From Bacillota bacterium (GTDB lineage Bacteria > Bacillota > Clostridia > Oscillospirales > Oscillospiraceae), in assembly GCA_021768085.1 (NCBI GenBank), contig JAETOJ010000013.1, positions 2,448-66,447 on the forward strand: 64,000 nucleotides of DNA. The letters are read 5' to 3'. The notes below the pieces were generated by a model. The model did no database searches. It was not told the DNA's origin and saw only the letters and a list, made by a program, of their open reading frames with translations. Below, piece by piece: positions 54,103 through 61,729 of the stretch. The translations under genes and the position numbers were made by a program. Positions within the stretch are counted from its first letter, which is position 1. Each line of letters starts with the position of its first letter.

Positions 54103-55034
54103 GTCGTGATATCCGTGATTTCAAGGGCGTGATCCCGGCGGTTCTGTCCATCTTTGACCAGGACGAGAACCTGGACGAGGCGGGCACCCGGGACTTTATC
54201 CGCTACCTGCTGTCCTTTGATATCGGGGGGCTGTACCTCACCGGATCCACCGGCGAGACCTTCTTGATGAATTCCGAGGAGCGGATGCACCAGGTGGAGA
54301 TTGTGATGGAGGAGGTGGGCGACAAGGTTCCGGTGGTGGTGCATGTGGGCGCCATGTCCACCCGGGCCTCCATCGAGCTGGCCAAGCACGCCGAACAGTG
54401 CGGTGCGGCAGGCATATCCAGCGTGCCCCCCTTCTACTTCAAGTTTAATGAGGATCAGATCTTCCACTACTATGAGGATCTGGCGGGCTCTACCAGCCTG
54501 CCCATGATCGTCTACAACATCCCCCTGGCGGGGCTGATGACGGTGGAACAGGTCATCCGTCTGTCGGAGATTGAGAACGTCAAGGGTGTGAAGTACACTG
54601 CTACCGCCCTCTACGAGGTGCCCCTGATCCGGGAGAGCTGCAAGCCCGGGTTCCAGATCTACGGCGGCTGCGACGAGCTGGGCAGCTCCAACATCGCCCT
54701 GGGGGTGGATGGGATCATCGGCTCGTTCTACAATGTGATTCCGGATCTCTACCTGAAGATCTGGCAGGCGGTGAAGGCATCCGACGTATCCACTGCCGCC
54801 CAGCTTCAGGGCAAGGCGGTGCACATCATCATGGCGGGTCTTCACAGCGGCAGCATGATGGCCTGCATCAAGGTGTGGCTGCGTGGGGGCGGCGTGCCAG
54901 CTGGGTACGCCAGAAGGCCCTTCTCCAACTTTACGCCGGAGGAGGAGCGGAAGCTGTTGGATGAGCTATGCGCCATTGATGAGACGGACGGGCTGGGCCT
55001 GGATATTGTCCGGCGGATCAAGGCCCGCGCATAA
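54099..55034 (+). CDS. N-acetylneuraminate lyase-like aldolase (DHDPS/NanA family)
   Basis: GLYLTGSTGE (NAL-type Ser rather than the DHDPS GTTGE), VYNIP, Schiff-base GVKYT. Confidence 0.8.
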   Translation: MSRDIRDFKGVIPAVLSIFDQDENLDEAGTRDFIRYLLSFDIGGLYLTGSTGETFLMNSEERMHQVEIVMEEVGDKVPVVVHVGAMSTRASIELAKHAEQCGAAGISSVPPFYFKFNEDQIFHYYEDLAGSTSLPMIVYNIPLAGLMTVEQVIRLSEIENVKGVKYTATALYEVPLIRESCKPGFQIYGGCDELGSSNIALGVDGIIGSFYNVIPDLYLKIWQAVKASDVSTAAQLQGKAVHIIMAGLHSGSMMACIKVWLRGGGVPAGYARRPFSNFTPEEERKLLDELCAIDETDGLGLDIVRRIKARA

Positions 55035-55080
55035 CGGAACAAATGAAAACGTGAGACGCCGCTGAGCGCGGCGGTGTAGC

Positions 55081-55120
55081 CATGCGAAAAAGTCTGCCCT
55101 CGGGCAGACTTTTTTGCATG
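55081..55120. terminator. Long inverted repeat / terminator after the lyase gene
   Basis: catgcgaaaaagtctgccc-tc-gggcagacttttttgcatg. Confidence 0.75.
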
Positions 55121-55257
55121 GGCGGGAAGGGGGGGCGGGCATTTGCGGTCAACCGGCGCCCCTGTGTGGGGCGGGCGGAAGGGACAAGGGTCGTCATTCA
55201 GAAGGAGCAGGCAGGGGACTGATCTTCCGTCGCCATTGGAAAAGGCTTGTTAGGGTA

Positions 55258-55286
55258 TTGAAAATCAGCGCCTCTTGTGATATGCT
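55258..55286 (+). promoter_or_regulatory. SigA-type promoter of the dlt-like operon
   Basis: TTGAAA-17 bp-TATGCT. Confidence 0.55.
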
Positions 55287-55424
55287 GTTGAGAGCCAAAA
55301 GGGAGCATATTTGGCGGATAAGTACCTTTTTTTGCAGCTGAATCGGTGAAAAGGGCGCGCCGTTCTGCCATGTGGTGCGCGAGATCGGCCGCTCCCTGAA
55401 CCAGACCCATCATAGGAGAGTGCG

Positions 55425-56954
55425 ATGGTTTACAATGTGACGTCCTGTTTGGACAATTCCGCCGGAGCCTATCCCGACAAAATTGCAGCGGCGGACGGGC
55501 AGGCTGCGCTGACCTATGGGCAGCTACTGGATCAAGCCCGCCGGATCGGAACCGCGCTGGCCGGCAGGCTGGACGGCGCCCGAGGCAAGCCGGTGTTCAT
55601 TTGCATCGGCCGCTGGGTGGAGTGCCTGCCCGCGTTTTTCGGCACTGCCGCCAGTGGCAATTTTTATGTGCCCATCGATCCCAGCCTGCCCGACCGGCGG
55701 CTGGCGGAGATCTATGCCACCATGAAGCCCCGGGTGGTTGTCACCACCCGGCGGGATACCCGGCCCCTGCCCTTCCCCGGCGCAGAGATCCTGTCCCTGG
55801 AAGAGCTGCTTTTGACCCCGCCGGACGAGCCGCTGCTCCGCCGGATCGGGGTAGAGATCACCGGAGAAAACCCGCTGTACTGTATCTTCACCTCCGGCTC
55901 TACCGGCGTGCCCAAGGGCGTGCTGGTGAGTCACCGCTCCGTCCTCAACATGACGGAGCAGTTCACCGAGGCCTTCGGGCTGGATCACACGGCGGTGTTC
56001 GGCAATCAGGCCCCTTTTGACTTTGACGTCTCAGTGAAGGATATCTACCTTACCATCCGAACCGGCGCCAGGCTGGAGATCCTGGAAAAGCCGCTGTTCT
56101 CCTCCCCTCGGCGGTTGATCGAGCGGATGGACGAGCGGGGCGTGAACACCATCATCTGGTCTGTCTCCGCTATGAAGATTCTCTCTGCGCTGAAGACCTT
56201 TGAGACGGTTCGGCCCAGCCATCTGCGCCGGGTAATGTTTTCCGGCGAGGCCATGCCCTGCAAGGTGCTCAACGACTGGATGCGTCATCTGCCGGAGGCC
56301 CGCTTTGTCAACCTGTACGGACCTACAGAGATCACCTGCAACTGCGCCTATTATCCGGTGGATCGGGCCTTTGATGACAGCGAGGCGCTGCCCATCGGCG
56401 GGGCCTTTCCCAACACCCAGGTGTTTTTGCTGGATGGGGATCGGGCGGTCACCGGGCCCGGCGAGCCGGGGGAGATCTGCGTGGCCGGAACCTGCCTGGC
56501 CCTGGGCTACTACAATAACCCGGAGCGCACTGCCGCGGTCTTCTGCCAGAATCCGCTGCAGACGGCCTGGCCGGAGAAAATTTACCGCACCGGAGATCTG
56601 GGCAGCTGGAACGAGCGGGGCGAGCTGATGTTTTTGGGCCGGGCGGACTCCCAGGTCAAGTATATGGGGTTCCGCATCGAGCTGGGTGAGATCGAGACGG
56701 CGGCCAATGCCGTCCCCTTTGTATCCTCCGCCTGCTGCCTGTTCGACGCTGACCGGGAGCAGCTGTGCCTGTTCTACCAGGCGGAGGGGCAGGACGACAA
56801 GGGGCTCATCGCCGCCCTGCGGGAGGCGCTGCCCCGGTTTATGGTGCCCGCGCGGCTATACTGGTTTGAGCGGCTGCCGGAGAACCGCACCGGAAAAATT
56901 GACCGCGCCGCGCTCCGGCGCGACTATATTGAGCAAACGATCAGGAGGAACTGA
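55425..56954 (+). CDS. Stand-alone adenylation domain protein (DltA-like AMP ligase)
   Basis: A3 FTSGSTGVPKG, A4 FDVSV, A5 NLYGPTE, A7 YRTGDL, A8 GRADSQVK..GFRIELGEIE, A10 GKIDR. Confidence 0.92.
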   Translation: MVYNVTSCLDNSAGAYPDKIAAADGQAALTYGQLLDQARRIGTALAGRLDGARGKPVFICIGRWVECLPAFFGTAASGNFYVPIDPSLPDRRLAEIYATMKPRVVVTTRRDTRPLPFPGAEILSLEELLLTPPDEPLLRRIGVEITGENPLYCIFTSGSTGVPKGVLVSHRSVLNMTEQFTEAFGLDHTAVFGNQAPFDFDVSVKDIYLTIRTGARLEILEKPLFSSPRRLIERMDERGVNTIIWSVSAMKILSALKTFETVRPSHLRRVMFSGEAMPCKVLNDWMRHLPEARFVNLYGPTEITCNCAYYPVDRAFDDSEALPIGGAFPNTQVFLLDGDRAVTGPGEPGEICVAGTCLALGYYNNPERTAAVFCQNPLQTAWPEKIYRTGDLGSWNERGELMFLGRADSQVKYMGFRIELGEIETAANAVPFVSSACCLFDADREQLCLFYQAEGQDDKGLIAALREALPRFMVPARLYWFERLPENRTGKIDRAALRRDYIEQTIRRN

Positions 56955-56957
56955 ACC

Positions 56958-57185
56958 ATGGAAAAGCTGCTGCGTATTCTGGAGGAAAACTGCCCCGGGA
57001 TCGACGTTCTGGGGAGTGACCGGCTGATTGACGACGAGATTTTGACCTCTCTGGATGTGGTGGTTCTGGTGGGGGAGCTCAATGACGCCTTCGGCGTGTC
57101 CATCACGGTGGACGACCTGGTGCCGGAGAATTTTAACTCCGTTCAGGCCATGTATGATCTCATCTGCCGGCTCGGGGGCAAGTAA
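56958..57185 (+). CDS. Carrier protein (DltC/ACP-like)
   Basis: 75 aa, acidic; ILTSLDVV contains the phosphopantetheine Ser; PENFNSV. Confidence 0.88.
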   Translation: MEKLLRILEENCPGIDVLGSDRLIDDEILTSLDVVVLVGELNDAFGVSITVDDLVPENFNSVQAMYDLICRLGGK

Positions 57186-57188
57186 GCG

Positions 57189-58766
57189 ATGTCAGTCAAC
57201 AGCGCCGCCTTCCTGCTGTTTTTGGCCGTGGCGGTGGCCGTCTATTACCTGGTGCCCAAGCGAGGGCGGTACCTGGTACTGCTGGCGGCCAGCGCGTTCT
57301 TCTACCTGTGCTACAGCCTGAAGGCCGCGATCTATCTGCTGTTTACCGTGGCGGCCACCTATGGCGCCGCCCTGGGTCTGGGCGCCCTGCGCCGCAGGGA
57401 GCGGGCAGAAGCGGCGGCGGAAGGGGCGGACGCAGCGGCTGTCAGGCGGGTCTGGCTGAGGCGCCGGCGGCTGGCGTTGACCGCCATTTTGGTGCTGAAC
57501 TTTACCACGCTGGCCCTGTTCAAGTATCTGGACAGCTGGCTGGGAACCGCCAACAGCGTGCTGGCGCTGGCAGGGCTGTCCTTCCGGTTCCGGCCGCTGG
57601 AGCTGCTGCTGCCGCTGGGGATCTCCTTTTATATCTTCCAGACCTCCGGCTACCTCATCGATGTCTACCGGGGAAAAGTGGAGCCGGAGCGGCACTTTCT
57701 GAAGTACGCGCTCTTTGCCGCCTACTTTCCCCAGATGATCCAGGGGTCCATCAACCGCTTCCAGAAGCTCCAGCCCCAGCTGATTGGGGGAAACGAGTTC
57801 TCCGCCGATCAGTTCAAGTACGGCGTGCAGCTGATGATTTGGGGAATGCTGAAAAAGCTGCTCATCGCGGACACCCTGGCCCCGGCGGTGACCGAGGTGT
57901 TTGACCACTTCACCCAGTACAGCGGCGCGGTGATTCTGCTGGCCGTCGTCCTCTACTGCCTCCAGCTCTACTGCGATTTCTCGGGGGGCACCGATTTAGT
58001 CCGAGGCGCCTCCCAGCTGTTCGGGGTGGAGATGATGGAGAACTTCCGCCGCCCCTACTTTGCCCATACCGTGGACGAGTTCTGGCGGCGGTGGCACATC
58101 TCCCTGGGGGAGTGGATGAAGGACTACCTCTTTTATCCCCTGGCCCTATCTAAGGGGCTGAACCGGCTGGGGAAGGCCCTGCGCCCGGTGGTGGGTCCCC
58201 GGCTGGGCAAGCTGGCGGTGCCCTGCATTTCCACTTTGGTGGTGTTCCTGATGGTGGGCATCTGGCAGGGACCCGGTCTGAGCAACATCGCCTATGGGTT
58301 GTGGAACGGCGGACTGATGTCCCTGGCTATGATAGCCCAGCCGGCGTCGGTGAAGCTCCGGGAGCGGCTGGGGATTGGGCACGAAACCCGGTGGTTCCGC
58401 GTGGTTCAGGTGGCCCGCACCTTCGCGCTGGTGGTGGTGGGGCGGTATTTCTCCCGCTCCAGCCAGCTGCTCCAGGCCCTGCGGATGCTCAAGCGGACGG
58501 TGTGCAGCTTCGGCTGGCGCTCCCTGGGCCCGGACGCGCTGTTCAGCTTCGGCCTCACTCCGGTGAATTGGGCCGTCCTGCTGATCTCTACGGCGGTTCT
58601 GGTGGCGGTCAGCGCCCTTCAGGAGCGGGGGATCCCCATCCGGAAGACCCTGGAGAAAAAGCACTGGGCCATTCAATTCACGGTGCTTTTTGTGGGAATT
58701 CTGGTGATTTACGTCTTTCTCAGCGGAGATTACATCCCCGCGGGCTATGTGTACGAAAGCATTTAG
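57189..58766 (+). CDS. MBOAT family acyltransferase (AlgI/DltB-like)
   Basis: PLGISFYIFQ, YFPQ, YCDFSG, NFRRPYFA...FWRRWHISL; VGIWQG at the position of the usual GxWHG. Confidence 0.92.
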   Translation: MSVNSAAFLLFLAVAVAVYYLVPKRGRYLVLLAASAFFYLCYSLKAAIYLLFTVAATYGAALGLGALRRRERAEAAAEGADAAAVRRVWLRRRRLALTAILVLNFTTLALFKYLDSWLGTANSVLALAGLSFRFRPLELLLPLGISFYIFQTSGYLIDVYRGKVEPERHFLKYALFAAYFPQMIQGSINRFQKLQPQLIGGNEFSADQFKYGVQLMIWGMLKKLLIADTLAPAVTEVFDHFTQYSGAVILLAVVLYCLQLYCDFSGGTDLVRGASQLFGVEMMENFRRPYFAHTVDEFWRRWHISLGEWMKDYLFYPLALSKGLNRLGKALRPVVGPRLGKLAVPCISTLVVFLMVGIWQGPGLSNIAYGLWNGGLMSLAMIAQPASVKLRERLGIGHETRWFRVVQVARTFALVVVGRYFSRSSQLLQALRMLKRTVCSFGWRSLGPDALFSFGLTPVNWAVLLISTAVLVAVSALQERGIPIRKTLEKKHWAIQFTVLFVGILVIYVFLSGDYIPAGYVYESI

Positions 58767-58775
58767 GAGGTGCCC

Positions 58776-60611
58776 ATGTCTTCTAAAAAATGGCTCGTCA
58801 TGCTCCCTCTCACCCTTCTGCTGGTCATGGGCTGCTGCGCGGTGTTCAATATGCTCATTGACCCCTTCGGGGTATTCGGTGACCCCATTTTGGACTGGTA
58901 CAGCTACAATGAAACCAACAATCCCCGGGTGGCCAAGCTGGCCTGGTTGGATGAGCACTACCAGCAGTACGACTCCTATGTGATCGGCTCCTCCTCCGCG
59001 GCCTCCTACAACGTGGAGGAGCTCAACGACTATCTGGACGCCAGCTTCTACAACCTGTTCGTCTATGGCTGCGACACCAGAGATTATCGGGATTTTGCCG
59101 CCTATGTACTGGAGCACTACACGGTGAAAAATATTGTGCTCAACCTGGGTATCAATGAGGCTGTCTATTACGACGAGGGGGAGGACGACCTTAACGGCAG
59201 GATGCACGCCAAGGCCAGTGGTAGAAGCCTTCCGCTGTTCTACCTGGAATACGCGCTGACTACCACCCTACAATCGGTGGAAAAGCTGGCGTTCCGGCTT
59301 CGGGACACGGAGCTGCCACAGGTGTTCGACGTGTTCCTGGTGGAATCGGGATGCTACGACAAGCGGGTGCGGGACGTGGAGAAAATCGGCGATCCCGCCG
59401 TCTATGATCGGGCCTACACCGGGGAGTTTTCCACCTCGGAACAAGGGGGACAACTTCCCTATGTCAAGGAGTGCGCCCAAATGGTGGCCGAGATCCGGGA
59501 TCTGTGCGCGGAGCGTGGGGTCAATTTGATGGTGATCACCTCCCCCGTCTACGCGGGCCAGTGGAATGCCTATGAGGAGAGCGCCCTGAGAGCCTACAAG
59601 ACGGCGTTGGCCGAAGTGACAGATTACTGGGACTTCAGCTGTACCCCCATCTCCTATGACAACCGCTATTTTTACGATCAGACCCATTTCCGCAACGCGG
59701 TAGGTACCATGGTGCTGGCGGAGATCTTCGGGAACGACCAGGTCTGGCGGCCGGAACGGTTCGGAGCCTGGATCACCGCGGGCAACTGCCAGACCTATCT
59801 GGACGGGCTCTTCTCTGATCCCCCCACGGCGAAGGTGGAGGACTACACGGCGGACGTTCCGGTGCTGCTTTACCACAGCATTGTGGAGGAGCCGGGCAGC
59901 TATTTAGAGGTGTCCCCGGAGACCTTTGACGCGCAGATGCGATTTCTGGCGGAAAATGGCTATCACGCGGTCACAACCCAGGAGCTTATTGACTATGTCT
60001 ATCACGGAGGAGAGTTGCCAGACAAGCCGGTGCTCATCTCCTTTGACGACGGCTATCAGAACAACTATGACTATGCGTGGCCCATTTTGAGGGAGCACGA
60101 CCTGAAGGCCACGATATACGCCATCGGCGTATCGGTGGGCCATGACCGCTATAAGGACACTCAGTTTGAGATGACCCCCCACTTTGGCTTTGAGGAGGCC
60201 CGTCGGATGGTGGAATCCGGCGTGATCGACGTGCAGTCCCACACCTATGATATGCACCAGTGGCCCCCCTTTGAGTCGGGGGATCGGATCCGGCAAACCA
60301 TGGCCCCGCTGGAGGGCGAGATCTATGATGACTATGCCGCTGCCCTGAACAGGGATGTCGCCGCCTACAACCAAATCGCAAAAAAAGAGCTGGGCTATGA
60401 GTTCACATCCCTGGCCTTCCCCGGCGGCGACTATACGACGCTGACCGAGGTGCTGGTGCACCAGGCGGGCATCCCGGTGACGATGTCCACCCGGACGGAC
60501 AGTCGCAATATCCTGGTGCGGGGCTTGCCCCAAAGCCTCTATGCGCTGTCCCGCTGGTCTGTTATGGAGGAAACCACCCAGGCTGACCTGCTGGAGGTGC
60601 TGAACGGATAG
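58776..60611 (+). CDS. Membrane-anchored SGNH-like (DltD/AlgJ-type) domain fused to a CE4/NodB polysaccharide deacetylase (IcaB/PgaB-like)
   Basis: N-terminal TM, IGSS and DQTH motifs; C-terminal PVLLYH, ISFDDGY, SHTYDMH, LAFPGG. Confidence 0.82.
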   Translation: MSSKKWLVMLPLTLLLVMGCCAVFNMLIDPFGVFGDPILDWYSYNETNNPRVAKLAWLDEHYQQYDSYVIGSSSAASYNVEELNDYLDASFYNLFVYGCDTRDYRDFAAYVLEHYTVKNIVLNLGINEAVYYDEGEDDLNGRMHAKASGRSLPLFYLEYALTTTLQSVEKLAFRLRDTELPQVFDVFLVESGCYDKRVRDVEKIGDPAVYDRAYTGEFSTSEQGGQLPYVKECAQMVAEIRDLCAERGVNLMVITSPVYAGQWNAYEESALRAYKTALAEVTDYWDFSCTPISYDNRYFYDQTHFRNAVGTMVLAEIFGNDQVWRPERFGAWITAGNCQTYLDGLFSDPPTAKVEDYTADVPVLLYHSIVEEPGSYLEVSPETFDAQMRFLAENGYHAVTTQELIDYVYHGGELPDKPVLISFDDGYQNNYDYAWPILREHDLKATIYAIGVSVGHDRYKDTQFEMTPHFGFEEARRMVESGVIDVQSHTYDMHQWPPFESGDRIRQTMAPLEGEIYDDYAAALNRDVAAYNQIAKKELGYEFTSLAFPGGDYTTLTEVLVHQAGIPVTMSTRTDSRNILVRGLPQSLYALSRWSVMEETTQADLLEVLNG

Positions 60612-60740
60612 GAGGTGGGCTGCCGTGGCCATCACCTACGCCCTTTCCCCCAAACGACCTGGACGATGTGAAGGCATTGCCCCCAAAGGGCGTCTATGTG
60701 GGCTGCGATCAGGTCGTACCAGCCCTGCCCAATAGTGAGT

Positions 60741-60784
60741 AAAATCAACCGGCGGCGGGCAATGCCCGCCGCCGGTTGATTTTT
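60741..60784. terminator. Bidirectional terminator
   Basis: aaaatcaaccggcggcgggc-aat-gcccgccgccggttgatttt. Confidence 0.9.
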
Positions 60785-60856
60785 GCTATAAACAGAAAAA
60801 TGTTGCAGGCTGCCCGTATCAGGAGACAGTGTGCCCGTTGTGCTCTGCCCCAGCGA

Positions 60857-61699
60857 TCATGATGCCGACCCCGTATGGCAATCCTCAAGCGGGCCGGCGT
60901 CCGCTCCCCAGACCTCTATCTGCGTCAACGCGGGGAACGGAGAGGGATCGTCCTCGTCCTTGATCAGCCGCTCCAGCTTCAGCCAGCGCACCACCCGTGG
61001 CGCAAGATCAATCTGCTGAGGTTCGCCGGTTTTGACAAACTCCGCTCGGATCTGTGAGCCATCGGAAAACTGGACGCTGCACTGCTTCCACCAGTTGTCA
61101 TGGGGAAAGTCCGCCCGAAGCGTAAACACCAGGCGATCCACCCGCACCTCGCGCCCGAACTCCAGCAACAGCTCCGCCTCCGGATCCCGGTTGATCCCCC
61201 AGCTCTGGTAGGGCCAGGCGCCGTGGCTGCTGTTGGCGTAACAGCCGTCAATGGCGTTGCGGGCGGCAAAGACCGATTCCCCCCGTGTTTCCACATTGGC
61301 CGAAGCGTGGGGGAAAAATCCCGTGTTGTCATGGCTGTCCAGGGGGTTGAGCGCCAGATTCCGGTAGGCGCCTGCCTCCCGGGGGCTGGCCTGCCTGGCC
61401 CACAGTAGATGGACGTCCCCCGTAAAGGATTTGGGGGAATAGCTCACCCGCTTTTCCCCAAAGGGCACCGCCAGGCAGAACTCGCCGGACAGGTAGCCAA
61501 AGGTTTCCGCCATGCTGTCCTCCAGCAGGGCCACCACATAGCCAGGGGCGCTGCCGCTCATGCGGATCACATCCCCCTCCACATAAGGCGCGGCGTACAC
61601 CAGGGTCACATGATCCCGCCCGCTGGCCTGGGCCTTTACCTGTCCATCCGCCCCGGTAATTGTAATGCTCAGTTCCATTGTGCTGTGCTGAATCTCCAT
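60857..61699 (-). CDS. Carbohydrate-binding protein (galactose-binding/discoidin-like fold)
   Basis: YRNLALNP, FAARNAIDG, SWGINRDPEAELLLEFGR, LRADFPHDNWW; GGAGG RBS. Confidence 0.7.
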   Translation of the reverse strand: MEIQHSTMELSITITGADGQVKAQASGRDHVTLVYAAPYVEGDVIRMSGSAPGYVVALLEDSMAETFGYLSGEFCLAVPFGEKRVSYSPKSFTGDVHLLWARQASPREAGAYRNLALNPLDSHDNTGFFPHASANVETRGESVFAARNAIDGCYANSSHGAWPYQSWGINRDPEAELLLEFGREVRVDRLVFTLRADFPHDNWWKQCSVQFSDGSQIRAEFVKTGEPQQIDLAPRVVRWLKLERLIKDEDDPSPFPALTQIEVWGADAGPLEDCHTGSAS

Positions 61700-61729
61700 A
61701 AGAGCCCTCCTATCATGGTTTGTCCATCT

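Noticed and set aside
54099-55034. Dihydrodipicolinate synthase (dapA)
   Set aside because: GSTGE motif, neighbouring NanQ and transporter genes, and no lysine-pathway genes favour a NAL-type lyase; the nanA symbol is withheld because the substrate is uncertain.
55198-55413. 71-aa minus-strand ORF in the dlt-like leader
   Set aside because: It overlaps the predicted plus-strand promoter and has no RBS or recognisable motif.
55425-60611. Calling the operon canonical dltABCD
   Set aside because: The A-domain pocket differs from DltA, the MBOAT is AlgI-sized with GIWQG, the fourth gene has an extra deacetylase domain, and no dltX is seen; gene symbols withheld.
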